Assembly (NCBI GenBank): GCA_963729895.1
Contig: CAVSQB010000012.1
Span: 32,001-96,000 of the forward strand
Length of the DNA stretch: 64,000 nt
Reading direction: 5' to 3'
Source: an uncultured Fibrobacterota bacterium
Lineage (GTDB): Bacteria; Fibrobacterota; Chitinivibrionia; Chitinivibrionales; FEN-1185
The position numbers and the translations under genes were made by a program. Positions 9,779-20,142 of this stretch are shown one piece after another (the first letter of the stretch is position 1; each line of letters opens with the position of its first letter). The notes under the pieces were generated by a model. The model saw nothing but the letters and a program-made list of their open reading frames with translations. It did no database searches and was not told the DNA's origin.

Positions 9779-12166
9779 TCAAAAATTGAACATGAACGAC
9801 GCTCTCCATTGCCCGTCGCGCGAACCGTTGCTGCCGTTTGCCACGATGCCCTGCATGAAGCCTTCGGGCGAATGGATGAACGACCAGTCAAAATTCATGT
9901 TAGCGTATTTTATGCCCAGGCCGAGGGTAAGTTCAAAGCGTTGTCCTGCGTAGTCGAACAAGTGCCCTATGCGTAATGCCAGCATGTTCGCGTACCAAAG
10001 CTCAATGCCTCCATGGAGGACCGTCTCCTCGAGATTCGATTCCAGCGTCGGGTAATCGGACTTATCGTCGAGCAGGCCGGTCCAAATCGCCGTGTAGAAA
10101 GGGTCGGGCTGCTTGTCCGGATAGTTCTTTACAATCTCCCTTTCGGCGTCGAACACCAGCCGCAGATCGATGAAGGAAGTCTGGATCGGTTGATAGGAAA
10201 GCCCGAGTCGCACGGTGAATGGAATCGGGTCGGCTTGATCCTGGGAAATGTAGTAAATCGACGGTCCCATGTTCTGGAGCATAAAGCCGACGTCGAAATT
10301 TTTGATGAACAGGTTCCTCTTAAGCAAGGACGCGTCGATGGCAAAAGTACGGCCGGTGCCTTCGTCGCTGTTCCCTTCATAGCCCGGAGCAAGCGCGCTG
10401 TTTGCGAACTTGATGTTCACGCCTATCGAGAAATCGTGCGCGACCAGCAGGCCGTAGGAAAGGCCGAATACCCCTTCCCACGACCGGTACTCCGCAATCT
10501 CCACGCCCTGGTCGTTGGTGGAAGTGTTGGTGCCGAAATTGATAAAGTTGACCGTCAAGCCCAGCGTTCCCCAGTCTTCGGTGGGCAGAACATACGCCAG
10601 GTATACATGCCACAAATCGGGGATCTTGAACGCGGGGAGCAGCGGCTCGTAGAACATGAACACCTGCTGGTCGGCGTAGGCGTACTTGTTTACGGCCTCG
10701 CTTGTGGCGAGCCAGATGTCTTTCCCCTGTACCGAAATTCCCTTCACGTCATCACCTTTAAGCGCGTTCTTGGAGTGGAAGACCTTCCATTCGGGAGGAG
10801 GTTCATGCATCTTGCCCTGGGAGTCCGTTCTTGTCGGGCCCTGACGAAAGGAGATCGCGCCCCTGTTAGTACCTATCCAGATAGTGCCGTTCGGATGCTC
10901 GATAATCGAAGTGACGGTGCTGCCGGGGAACTTGTACCGTTTCCACACCGATTCATTGTAGATGGAAATTCCGCCCACGCTGCCCACCCACACTCTGCCC
11001 TTCGAATCGACATACAAGGCCATCACGCCCTGGCTCAGAAGGCCATTTGAAGTGTCGAACACCGTCCACGACGAATCTTTGCGGACGGCCAGTCCTTTCG
11101 CCGTTCCTGCGTACAAAACATCGCCTTTGCCGTAGGCAATAGCGGTTACCGCAGAATCCGGAAGCCCGTTTGAGGTTCCGACGAGCGTCCATTTTCCGTC
11201 TTCGTAAATCCCGATACCTGCGTCGGTTGCCACCGCCACTGCTCCGGAACGGCCTACGCAAAGAGCGTTCACGTTGTTCGAAGGCATGCCGTCGGCCTCG
11301 GAGTAGTAGTTCCATACCGATCCGTCGTAGCGCCACAAACCGTGGGCGGTTCCGATCCATACCCGGTCAAGCGAATCGAGCACCATGGATGTAACGCCTT
11401 CGTCGACTGCAATCTTGAACGGGATCTTGAGCTCCACCAGATCTTCGAACTGGGTGTCTTTCTTTGAAAGAATCTGCAGGATATCATCCGCCATTTTGCT
11501 TGCCTTGAGAGAATCAACCTTGACGGCGATCTTGGCGTAAATCTGCGTTGCCGTTCTCTCGAACTTGGCAAGGGACATGATATCCTCTGCAAGGTCGGTA
11601 AGCGAGTAATTCTTCGCCTTCTGAATGGAATCGCTGACTTCCTTGCGGAGATACTGTTCGAGGGCTGCGGTCCTGTTCATTTCGATGTTGTTTGCTTTCT
11701 TAAGGGTAACGATCGCGCGGCGGATAAGGGCGTCGTTGTCTACGGACAGATACTTCCTGGCTATGGACTGAAGATTATCGCCCTGCACAATGAGATGCCG
11801 CTCAGATGATTCCCATGCCTTCCCGTTGAACCGGAGCACCCCGTGGTTGGTCCCGGCCCATATCTTTTCGTTCATGCCGAATGTCTTCTTGCGTTTTGCG
11901 GCAATTGCGGTAAGCACGTCGCCCGTGCTCATCGAATAGGCTCTCCAGGTATTGGACATCGGATCTTGGCCCAGGCCGGCGGGGTTGAAAAAAGTCGCGT
12001 TTGCGTCGTCGGCAACGCCGGTGAACGCTTCGCCGAGGCCTGTGGCGCGCGCGCCCGGCGGGAACACGAGGGTGATGACTGCCGATTGCCCGACCGCCCA
12101 TGTCGTGGCAACAAGAGCGAGAAGGGCGATGAGGCCGGCGCAGCATTTCACAACAGAGAATCGCAT
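9779..12166 (-). CDS. PorV/PorQ-family T9SS outer-membrane protein with inserted LysM-like and beta-propeller (Reg_prop-like) domains
   Basis: Signal peptide, then PPGARATGLGEAFTGVADDANATFFNPAGL (PorV/FadL-type N-terminus); C-terminal barrel with LQNMGP, PFTVRLG, LRIG and terminal FNF; ATG 12166 after GAGG. Confidence 0.82.
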   Translation of the reverse strand: MRFSVVKCCAGLIALLALVATTWAVGQSAVITLVFPPGARATGLGEAFTGVADDANATFFNPAGLGQDPMSNTWRAYSMSTGDVLTAIAAKRKKTFGMNEKIWAGTNHGVLRFNGKAWESSERHLIVQGDNLQSIARKYLSVDNDALIRRAIVTLKKANNIEMNRTAALEQYLRKEVSDSIQKAKNYSLTDLAEDIMSLAKFERTATQIYAKIAVKVDSLKASKMADDILQILSKKDTQFEDLVELKIPFKIAVDEGVTSMVLDSLDRVWIGTAHGLWRYDGSVWNYYSEADGMPSNNVNALCVGRSGAVAVATDAGIGIYEDGKWTLVGTSNGLPDSAVTAIAYGKGDVLYAGTAKGLAVRKDSSWTVFDTSNGLLSQGVMALYVDSKGRVWVGSVGGISIYNESVWKRYKFPGSTVTSIIEHPNGTIWIGTNRGAISFRQGPTRTDSQGKMHEPPPEWKVFHSKNALKGDDVKGISVQGKDIWLATSEAVNKYAYADQQVFMFYEPLLPAFKIPDLWHVYLAYVLPTEDWGTLGLTVNFINFGTNTSTNDQGVEIAEYRSWEGVFGLSYGLLVAHDFSIGVNIKFANSALAPGYEGNSDEGTGRTFAIDASLLKRNLFIKNFDVGFMLQNMGPSIYYISQDQADPIPFTVRLGLSYQPIQTSFIDLRLVFDAEREIVKNYPDKQPDPFYTAIWTGLLDDKSDYPTLESNLEETVLHGGIELWYANMLALRIGHLFDYAGQRFELTLGLGIKYANMNFDWSFIHSPEGFMQGIVANGSNGSRDGQWRASFMFNF

Positions 12167-12316
12167 GGCACAATACCTCTCGTTCATTCCTTGTCGATTT
12201 TTCGGCATCCGCTGCCGGGAAAAGCCGGAATGCACAACGGTCTCATTGTGTGGTTTTGGTTTACGAATGCACGAGGTGCGAAGGCCGCACAAAAACATAT
12301 GTGGAGGCAGTATGCC

Positions 12317-12946
12317 CTATCCGTTCCTATATCCACCCTCGCGGGGACTCGTCGAAAATGGGGTCTCAATTCTGGTGATCTCTTTCCACTCCGGTAGAGG
12401 AACAATTTCTCCGCTCCGAAACAAGGGTAACATTCCTATTTCGGTTGTTTCCCGCAGCTTGTCTTTTCCCTGGTACTTGCACAATTGACACCCGCAACCT
12501 AGATGAAACGGGGGGATAACTTGAGGATACTGGAATATCTGTTCCCTCGTGACAAACCGTCCCTTGTGGATGATTTTAGAACACACCGGATCATCCCATT
12601 TGAAATCGAAGTAGTAAAACTCGGTTCCCTCCTTGTCACCCTTTTCGATCTCCCCAATGTTCGCCTCCATCTGCCCGTTCCAGGCGTCGATAAGCTTCTC
12701 CTTATCAGGAACGCTCATACCCATATTTACGTTTTTATCAAAAAGATATTTGCGAATTTCTTCCTGGGAGGGTTTGTAGTCGCCTATGTTTTCCCGAGGG
12801 GTGCGTCGGATTATCGAATAGATGCCGCTGCCGTGAATGATGGGCGGAGGAGCATCCGTCTCCGCTTTGCCGCTCTTAAGGCCTATCCTGACCGCCACGA
12901 GCATGGCGAGGAGGAGAAGCATTATTCCGACAAGGGCAAGGACCAT
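12317..12946 (-). CDS. Membrane-anchored hypothetical protein with MuF-like C..PPFHxGCxC motif
   Basis: N-terminal hydrophobic helix; DDPVC...IPPFHLGCGC; co-oriented between icd and the porV-like gene. Confidence 0.7.
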   Translation of the reverse strand: MVLALVGIMLLLLAMLVAVRIGLKSGKAETDAPPPIIHGSGIYSIIRRTPRENIGDYKPSQEEIRKYLFDKNVNMGMSVPDKEKLIDAWNGQMEANIGEIEKGDKEGTEFYYFDFKWDDPVCSKIIHKGRFVTREQIFQYPQVIPPFHLGCGCQLCKYQGKDKLRETTEIGMLPLFRSGEIVPLPEWKEITRIETPFSTSPREGGYRNG

Positions 12947-13024
12947 TGATATACCGCCGGTTTAGTCTGGACGCACCAGTAAAACTAATTCCTTCGTCGT
13001 GCCCAAACAACATCCTCAGGCGTT

Positions 13025-14230
13025 TTACATCCTTTTTGCGACGGTCTTTCCGAATTCTGAACACGAGACTTCGGTGGCGTCGTCCATGAGCCTGGCCAAA
13101 TCGTAGGTTACCGAGCGATTGCCCAGGGCGCTCTCCAGGCCCTTGATCACGAGATCCGCCGACTCGGTCCACCCAAAATAGCGAAGCATCATCTCGCCGG
13201 AAAGGATAAGGGACGTCGGGTTGACCTTGTCGAGGTTCGCATATTTCGGCGCCGTGCCGTGTGTGGCTTCAAAGATGGCGTGGCCCGTGTCATAGTTGAT
13301 ATTTGCGCCGGGAGCGATGCCTATACCGCCCACTTGCGCGGCAAGAGCGTCCGAAATGTAATCACCGTTCAGGTTCATCGTTGCAACCACGTCGAATTCA
13401 TCGGCCCGGGTAATCGACTGCTGAAAAAAGATATCGGCAATGACATCTTTCACGAGAAGTTTTCCTGCCGGGACAGCGCCCTTGCACTCTTCCCACACAA
13501 CGATTGCGCCGCTGAATTCCTTTTTGGCAACCTCATATCCCCACCGGCAGAATGCTCCCTCCGTGTATTTCTGGATATTCCCCTTGTGAACAAGGGTTAC
13601 GCTTTTGCGGCCGTTTTCAAGCGCATAACGGATTGCGGCGCGCACGAGCCTTTTTGATCCGAATTCCGAAATGGGCTTGATGCCGATGCCGGAGTCTTCC
13701 CGGATGTTCCAGCCGTATTCGGATTTTAAGAAGGACAGCAGTTTCCTGGTGCCCTCGGCGCCCGATTCAAGCTCTTTGCCGCTGTACACATCCTCGGTAT
13801 TTTCCCTGAACACCACCATATTCACTTTGTCGGGGTTTTTCACAGGGGAGGGAACGCCTGGAAGATGCCGCACAGGCCGCTGGCACACGTACAGGTCGAG
13901 TACCTGGCGGAGTGCCACATTGAGCGATCGGATGCCGCCGCCGACCGGCGTGGTAAGCGGGCCTTTGAGGCCGACACGATATTCCCTAAAGGCGTCAATC
14001 GTTTCCTGCGGCAGCCAGTTCTTTGTCTTTGTAAAGGCCTTTTCGCCTGCGAGCACTTCCTTCCATCCGATCGAACGCGCGCCGCCGTAGGCTTTTTGCA
14101 CGGCCTGGTCCAAAACATGTTGTGACGCGCGCCAGATGTCGGGTCCGATGCCGTCGCCTTCTATGAACGGAATTATCGGGCAATCGGGAACCACAAGGTT
14201 GCCGTCTTTTTGAACAATCTTTTCATTCAT
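13025..14230 (-). CDS. icd: Isocitrate dehydrogenase (prokaryotic homodimeric type)
   Basis: [69 protein letters not shown]. Confidence 0.97.
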   Translation of the reverse strand: MNEKIVQKDGNLVVPDCPIIPFIEGDGIGPDIWRASQHVLDQAVQKAYGGARSIGWKEVLAGEKAFTKTKNWLPQETIDAFREYRVGLKGPLTTPVGGGIRSLNVALRQVLDLYVCQRPVRHLPGVPSPVKNPDKVNMVVFRENTEDVYSGKELESGAEGTRKLLSFLKSEYGWNIREDSGIGIKPISEFGSKRLVRAAIRYALENGRKSVTLVHKGNIQKYTEGAFCRWGYEVAKKEFSGAIVVWEECKGAVPAGKLLVKDVIADIFFQQSITRADEFDVVATMNLNGDYISDALAAQVGGIGIAPGANINYDTGHAIFEATHGTAPKYANLDKVNPTSLILSGEMMLRYFGWTESADLVIKGLESALGNRSVTYDLARLMDDATEVSCSEFGKTVAKRM

Positions 14231-14401
14231 TTTGTGATATCCTGAATTCGTTTATGGATGACGGACCGATTCCAAGGATTGTGATCGAGCGAAGACAAGT
14301 GCCTTAAACCGAACGAGCCGACACGGGCGGAATCCTTCAAAACTCCCTTGGACGGAGGTGCATAAAATACTGCATAACGTGCCTGGCTACAAGCGAAAGT
14401 G

Positions 14402-14431
14402 TTGACAACAAAAGCAGATAGAAATTATCTT
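14402..14431 (+). promoter_or_regulatory. Sigma70-type promoter of tRNA-Gly
   Basis: TTGACA (14402-14407), 18 nt, TATCTT (14426-14431), about 50 nt upstream of the tRNA. Confidence 0.6.
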
Positions 14432-14482
14432 AGGGCTGGTCCAGGCCCCGTTGCCGGATGGAGCGCGGGCTGAGACATTCAA

Positions 14483-14554
14483 GCGGGAGTAACTCAACGG
14501 TAGAGTGTCACCTTCCCAAGGTGAAGGTTGCGAGTTCGATGCTCGTCTCCCGCT
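14483..14554 (+). tRNA. tRNA-Gly, anticodon CCC (no encoded CCA)
   Basis: Acceptor GCGGGAG/CTCCCGC, D stem ACTC/GAGT, anticodon arm TCACC-TTCCCAA-GGTGA, T arm GCGAG-TTCGATG-CTCGT, discriminator T, then a T-rich run. Confidence 0.96.
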
Positions 14555-14570
14555 TTTTGTTTCTTTCTTT

Positions 14571-15131
14571 TTACAGCCTCGGTTTGCATATAATCTCGTG
14601 GATTTTCAGCTCGAAGAAACTCTGTGCATTCGCAGGTGTCAATATCACCGCGGTGTCGCACCCGGTTCCGGTTCCGGCAATGCACAGGGCTTCCCGTTTG
14701 GTCGATGCCATTCCCGCGTCTGCCGCCATGAGTGAAATCTCAACGCACACCTTGAATCCCTGACCCATGGTGCGGAGCGTGTACGCAAGAATCTCGTCAA
14801 GTTGATAGGTGTGAAGCATGCGGCGGACCGCCCTGTTTATGCCGCCGAGTGCGTGCTGGCAGGTGAGTACGCGGCATCCGCTTTTTTCAAGATCCGCCTT
14901 ATGCCCCGGCAGCAGTTCCTGCACGTCTTTCCTTTCAAACCCTGTAGAATGGGTAACGCACACGATCGTCCCTCTTGGAAAAAGCGACAAGGCCTTCTGG
15001 GCTGTTGCACCGGAAGAGGAAGCGAGAATAACGGTGGTGAGGTTGAGTTCCTTTGTGCGCGCCGCTGCAAGGGCAAGCGTTTCGTTCGTGTTGGCCGGAC
15101 CTGGCTTGTCGAAATAGGTAATGGTTGACAT
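14571..15131 (-). CDS. Pyruvate kinase C-terminal (alpha/beta) domain-like protein
   Basis: YFDKPGPANT, VILASSSGATA, VTHSTGF, GQGFKVCVEISLMAADAG, GTGTGCDTA, terminal EIICKPR, typical of the stand-alone PK_C-like family. Confidence 0.82.
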   Translation of the reverse strand: MSTITYFDKPGPANTNETLALAAARTKELNLTTVILASSSGATAQKALSLFPRGTIVCVTHSTGFERKDVQELLPGHKADLEKSGCRVLTCQHALGGINRAVRRMLHTYQLDEILAYTLRTMGQGFKVCVEISLMAADAGMASTKREALCIAGTGTGCDTAVILTPANAQSFFELKIHEIICKPRL

Positions 15132-15216
15132 CGGGCCTGCTTTCTAAAGACAAAGGACCCCCGTCTCGAGCATGAGACGGAAGCCCTTCACAAGTTGGTT
15201 GCTGCGTGCAAACGGG

Positions 15217-16338
15217 CTATTTCCTGACCTTTGCTCCGACCGGTTTCTTGTTGCTCTTCTTTAACGCGGGCTTGGCCTTTGCGGCCGCCGGCTCGGGCTT
15301 CTTCTCCGGAATGCCGCGCAGGGCATTCACGCTCCTGTCCACATTGTCGATGTTATATTTGTAAACAAGGAACGTTGCGGGTTTCTCCGGCGTGCGCACC
15401 CATCGTTTGCCTTCGGATCCTTTCTCGTTGCCCACGAGAACCGTCTTCTTGTCCCCGTTCTCAAATGAAAGCGTAACCCGCAGGTACGGCTTGGAAAATC
15501 CAAGGCTATCCGGGGAAAGTGCGGCGTTTTCTTCGAAGTCCGACGCGGAGAAATTTGCAAGGGTGTTGAGGATTTTGTCCACCTCGGAATTTTTCGCGCT
15601 GTCTTTCACCGGCGACACGATGTTCCACACGGGACGCGCCGCGCTGTCCTTTGGAGAAGGCGCCGCGAGCGACAACACAATGGAGGCGCTGTCGCGCTTG
15701 GCAATTTCTATGCCCTTCACAAAAGAGCGGTCGAATTTGGTGATGATCTTGTTTTTCCATTTGGACCTGTCGGTAAAGAGCGAGTACTTGAGGCTTCCGC
15801 CGGCGAGGTAGACGTCGTCCGAGCCTTTCATGCGGACAAAGTTGGAGCTCCAGTCTGCGCCGTTTTTCCCTATATAGAACGTGCCGATGGGCGCCAGCTT
15901 TTCGTTGTACACGGTTACTTTCGTCCCCTGAATAGTATCCACTTCGAGCTCGACCTGTTTCTGCGGATTCTGAGAAATGAGGTCCTCTTTCTTCAAAGCC
16001 TTCAGTTTGTCGATAGCCGTCTGAATAAAAGCGCTGTCTGCGGGATATTCGGAAATCTTCCTGACTTTCCCTGACGTGTCGGCAGAAAGGAACGACGGCG
16101 CCGCGTTGTCCGAGGGCCTGCCGTTCGCTACCACCCAATCCTTGCCTCTGTGGACAAGAAATACCGAATCTTTCTGATCGCTCACTGAGATCATGCCGCA
16201 ACCGGCTTCGGAGAACTGGGGGAACCAGGCGAGCGACTGTTCCGACGGCCGCTTGTTGCTCAACTGGTTTGCAACGATTATGATGCCGATAATCACGGCA
16301 AGAATAACCGCAAGCAAAGGTAGATGCTTCATATTCAT
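15217..16338 (-). CDS. DUF4340 domain protein of a Gld-type ABC operon
   Basis: N-terminal TM helix; two repeats of a DUF4340-like unit (FYIGK...FVR; LGFSKP...VLVG...WVR); ATGA overlap with the GldG-like gene. Confidence 0.75.
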   Translation of the reverse strand: MNMKHLPLLAVILAVIIGIIIVANQLSNKRPSEQSLAWFPQFSEAGCGMISVSDQKDSVFLVHRGKDWVVANGRPSDNAAPSFLSADTSGKVRKISEYPADSAFIQTAIDKLKALKKEDLISQNPQKQVELEVDTIQGTKVTVYNEKLAPIGTFYIGKNGADWSSNFVRMKGSDDVYLAGGSLKYSLFTDRSKWKNKIITKFDRSFVKGIEIAKRDSASIVLSLAAPSPKDSAARPVWNIVSPVKDSAKNSEVDKILNTLANFSASDFEENAALSPDSLGFSKPYLRVTLSFENGDKKTVLVGNEKGSEGKRWVRTPEKPATFLVYKYNIDNVDRSVNALRGIPEKKPEPAAAKAKPALKKSNKKPVGAKVRK

Positions 16339-18086
16339 TTGGCTTTCTCCTCCGTTTTTTCTGGGATTGCGGGTGCCGCGACCAGTTCGCGCCGCCCGAA
16401 GAAGATAATGAGGCCAACAATTATCACGAGCACGGGCATGAGAAGGATATTGGTGTACCTGATGAAATTCGACATGGAGGAACCTTCCTTGAGGTTATCC
16501 TTCGAAATGGTCCGGTCCACCATGGTGCGCGTGCGGATACTAATGAGATTGTCGTTGGTCGAGAGCCAATCCACGATGTTCAGAAGGAACGTTACGTTGC
16601 CTTCCATGGCAAATTGGCCGGTGAGAAAGGCAGATTCGCCGATCACAACCAGGTGGCGGCCTTTGTTCTCCGTTACAATAGTGCGGTTCTTGGCGGAAGT
16701 GTCTGAAAACAAGGAAATCTTGTGAAGGGAATCCGAGGCTGCGCCGATGTCCGGTTCCTTGACCGGAGGTACTTGTTTTCCGGCGAAGTAGCTCTTGAAA
16801 TCTCCATCGAGATACACGGCGAGGTTGCTCTGCTTGAAACCCTGAGGGGGCGTAGTCCATTTCTGCTGCGGGTTTAGATCGAACCCGCCTCCCACCACCC
16901 AGCTTTTCGGCGAAGACTTGATGAGTACGGTCCCGAACACCGAGCCCGAGTCTTTTGCGTTCTTGGCGCCTTTCTCAGGAACCAAGAGCGTTACCGGACT
17001 CACCCAGGGAAGAACCATTTCATTCAGCGTGGATACGGCAGGATTGTTCTGGTTAAGATCCTCGCGGATCACCCTCACAAAATAGGGGTAGCTCATTGCC
17101 ACATTCATCTGGAACGGACCAACTTTTTGCGGGATCTGGACCTGGCCGCAGGCAGCGTCGCACACAAGACTATGCTCCACACGGGCACCGTAATGCTCCA
17201 GGAGTTTAAGGATTCCCGGGTCCTGCGGGGCGGCAAAGGCGCCGTACTGGAAGCTCACGCGGATCGCGTCCGGACATACGATGAGCGCACCGCCCTTCAT
17301 AAAGTACTGGTCGATTTCGAAAAGCATCCGGTTTGTGAATTTTGTCCCGCCGGGAATTATGAGTGTCTTTATGTCGGAGTCCACGGGTTTTCCATCGGAA
17401 ACATTGACGGTCTCAACCGTATAGTTCTTTTCAAGGTTTTCGAAAATGGGTTTGTATTTCTCGTGGACTTCCTCCGGGTTGTTCGGCATCTGCTGGCTGT
17501 ATTGCGGAGGAATAAAGGGAAGCGTATCGGTCTTGAGTACGCCTATTTTCGGGTTTTCCTTTCTCGACACCTTTTGGATCGCCTGCGTAAGGTCGTACTC
17601 GAGATTGGTGAGGTTCTGAACCACCGGCATAACTTCCTTTTTTGCGCCGTACAATACTGCAATACCCATGAACGCATTGACAACCTGCGCCTTGTCTTTC
17701 TCGTAGGACTGCATCTGCAGCTCGGGAATGCCCATCTGCGTAACCTTGCGTTTTTCCTCCTCGCTCTTTGTCGGGTCTTCGTAGGAGATTTGCAGGTTCC
17801 TGCCCGCATAGGCCTTGTATTCCGACAGCATGTCGTGCACGTCCGATTCAAGCGTTCTCACGTTGACCGGCAGGTTTTTCGAAAAATAGACCTTGACGCT
17901 TACGATGTCGTCGAGTTTCCTGAGCACATTCTTGGTAGCCTTGGAAATGCTGTACATCTTCTTTTCGGTGAGATCGGCGCGCACAAAAACCTTGGTCGAA
18001 AGGTAGTTGGCAACGCAGATGAAGCCGAAGATGACAAGCGCGTAGATGACGAGTTGCGAGCTGTTCCTTATTCTTCTGTTTTCCAT
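16335..18086 (-). CDS. GldG-family ABC-associated periplasmic protein
   Basis: N- and C-terminal TM helices; DLTEKKMYSIS, LEYDLT, IDQYFMKGG, GNVTFLLNIVDWL...LISIR. Confidence 0.85.
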   Translation of the reverse strand: MENRRIRNSSQLVIYALVIFGFICVANYLSTKVFVRADLTEKKMYSISKATKNVLRKLDDIVSVKVYFSKNLPVNVRTLESDVHDMLSEYKAYAGRNLQISYEDPTKSEEEKRKVTQMGIPELQMQSYEKDKAQVVNAFMGIAVLYGAKKEVMPVVQNLTNLEYDLTQAIQKVSRKENPKIGVLKTDTLPFIPPQYSQQMPNNPEEVHEKYKPIFENLEKNYTVETVNVSDGKPVDSDIKTLIIPGGTKFTNRMLFEIDQYFMKGGALIVCPDAIRVSFQYGAFAAPQDPGILKLLEHYGARVEHSLVCDAACGQVQIPQKVGPFQMNVAMSYPYFVRVIREDLNQNNPAVSTLNEMVLPWVSPVTLLVPEKGAKNAKDSGSVFGTVLIKSSPKSWVVGGGFDLNPQQKWTTPPQGFKQSNLAVYLDGDFKSYFAGKQVPPVKEPDIGAASDSLHKISLFSDTSAKNRTIVTENKGRHLVVIGESAFLTGQFAMEGNVTFLLNIVDWLSTNDNLISIRTRTMVDRTISKDNLKEGSSMSNFIRYTNILLMPVLVIIVGLIIFFGRRELVAAPAIPEKTEEKAK

Positions 18087-18090
18087 GGTA

Positions 18091-18807
18091 TTACTCCCAC
18101 TTCCTGCTGCCGAGCGAGCAGATATTCAAGAAAAGAAAGAAACCGATAACCGACAGATAATAGATAATGTCCCTGCTGTCTATGACGCCGCGGCTGATGC
18201 TTTCAAAATGGCTCCCGAGTCCCGCATAGGTAAAGAGGGGAGCGAGCACCGAGGGCAGCACCATCGTGACGAACGGAGTGCTGATAATGAACAGCACAAA
18301 GGTTACGACGACGCCGACGATAAAGGCGACGATCTGGTTTTCGGTCATGGACGACACCCACAAACCTATTGCAAGGTAGGCTGCTCCCAGGAGCAAGGCG
18401 CCGAGATATTGCCCCACAATCTGGCCTCCGTCCGGGTGGCCGATGATCGCAATGGTTATGGGAATGGATACCGATAGAAGAACCACGATTGCAAGAAGCG
18501 CAAAGCTTGCGAAGAATTTGCCGAGAACGACTTCGACGTCGCTCACAGGCCACGTCAGCAGCAGTTCAAGGGTTTTCACTTTTTTCTCTTCCGCCCACGT
18601 TCTCATGGTTATTGCGGGGACAAAGAACAGAAACACCCATGGCAGCAGGTCGAAGTAGCCGCGCATATCCGCCTGGTTGATAATGAAGAAGCCCTGGAAG
18701 AAAAGAAACGTTGTGGTGATCAGGTACACGGTTATAAATATGTACGCAATGGGCGACAAGAAGTATGTCTTGAATTCCTTTTTGAAGATGGCCGAGATGT
18801 TTTGCAT
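18091..18807 (-). CDS. GldF-like ABC-2 permease
   Basis: AIFKKEFKTYFLSPIAY, PAITMRTWAEEKK, LELLLTWP, VVLGKF, TENQIVAF, HFESISRGVIDSRD; start reassigned to ATG 18807. Confidence 0.88.
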   Translation of the reverse strand: MQNISAIFKKEFKTYFLSPIAYIFITVYLITTTFLFFQGFFIINQADMRGYFDLLPWVFLFFVPAITMRTWAEEKKVKTLELLLTWPVSDVEVVLGKFFASFALLAIVVLLSVSIPITIAIIGHPDGGQIVGQYLGALLLGAAYLAIGLWVSSMTENQIVAFIVGVVVTFVLFIISTPFVTMVLPSVLAPLFTYAGLGSHFESISRGVIDSRDIIYYLSVIGFFLFLNICSLGSRKWE

Positions 18808-18811
18808 GGTC

Positions 18812-19759
18812 CTAACCCCTTGTGAGTTGTGTAAAAACGTCTTCGAGGCTCGCCGAATGCCGTTTGAGTTCGGCCAGGCTCCAGCCGTTCTCGGAGACGC
18901 ATTTGTATATCTTCTCCCCAATGTCTTCTTTGCCCGTCGTGACGGACGCCTCAAGCCATTCGCCGGCTTCGTGGACAATGACGCCCGTTACGCCGTCGAT
19001 GGCGGAAAGTTTCGATTGCACCGAGGCCTTGTCGCCCTTCACTTTGAGGGTAAAGCCGCTGGATGTCGAAGCGCCGGCGGTAAGTTCGTCGGGCGTTCCG
19101 GCGGCCACAATGGCTCCTTCATTGATGATCAGGATCCGGTTGCAGGTTGCGGCCACTTCCGAAAGGATATGCGAGCAATAGATCACCGTTTTTTCTTCGC
19201 CCATTTTCTTGATGAGCTGACGAATCTCGATGATCTGGTTCGGGTCAAGGCCGGACATGGGTTCGTCGAGGATCAGAAGATCGGGGTTGTGGAGCATGGC
19301 TTGCGCCAGCCCGACGCGTTGTTTGAACCCTTTTGAAAGCTTCCCGATCTGGCGGTTCTCCATCTTCGTGAGGCCGCACACCTGAAACATCTCGCTGATG
19401 CGGTTTGAAAGACGCCCGCCGGTCTGGCCCCGGATTTCGCCGGCGAACTTCAGATATTCGCGGACCGTCATATCGAAATACAATGGATTGTTCTCCGGCA
19501 GATACCCGATCCTTTTTCGCACTTCAAGATCGTGCTCCACCGTGTCCATGCCGCACACTTTTACGGTTCCGCTTGACGCCGGGATAAAGCAGGTGATGAT
19601 GCGCATGGTAGTTGTTTTGCCCGCCCCGTTCGGACCCAAAAAGCCCAGAACTTCGCCTTTCTTCACTTCAAAGGTGAGGTTCTTTACGGCCTGGACGCTG
19701 CCAAATCTCTTGCAGAGGCTTGTTACCTCAAGCATAACCGAATCGTTTGCCGGACTCAT
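18812..19759 (-). CDS. GldA-like ABC ATP-binding protein
   Basis: Walker A GPNGAGKTT, signature LSKGFKQRVG, Walker B LILDEP, GLDPNQ. Confidence 0.92.
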   Translation of the reverse strand: MSPANDSVMLEVTSLCKRFGSVQAVKNLTFEVKKGEVLGFLGPNGAGKTTTMRIITCFIPASSGTVKVCGMDTVEHDLEVRKRIGYLPENNPLYFDMTVREYLKFAGEIRGQTGGRLSNRISEMFQVCGLTKMENRQIGKLSKGFKQRVGLAQAMLHNPDLLILDEPMSGLDPNQIIEIRQLIKKMGEEKTVIYCSHILSEVAATCNRILIINEGAIVAAGTPDELTAGASTSSGFTLKVKGDKASVQSKLSAIDGVTGVIVHEAGEWLEASVTTGKEDIGEKIYKCVSENGWSLAELKRHSASLEDVFTQLTRG

Positions 19760-20142
19760 AGTGCACCGCCGTGGAAAAGTGAAATCATAATGCCCCCTTG
19801 CATGTATTCCTGATATTGTTTGGAATCTCCATTCACGGAAACAACGGCTTTCGTAAGGCGCAGCAGCGTTGGAAACCGCGGCTTTTTGACCGCCGCAGGC
19901 CGGCTCCCAATTTTGAGAAGCTTAAATATGAATATTTGAAAGGCATGGTGTCAAGACAAGTAATAGCATGCCATTCTATATGGCACACAAGGATGGTTAC
20001 TACGCTCCGGCATAAAAAATATTGCCTTGAGAAGTTGCATGGATAAGGTGCGCCAGGTTGCTTCCGGTTTCCAGTACCGCGGTTTTCATTTCTTGACTCG
20101 GTGCAGCCATCTTCCTATTTTATTCGGGCGACAGGAGGATTT

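Noticed and set aside
14555..14600. tRNA-Gly as an integration site
   Set aside because: No integrase nearby and no duplicated tRNA 3' end found in the window.
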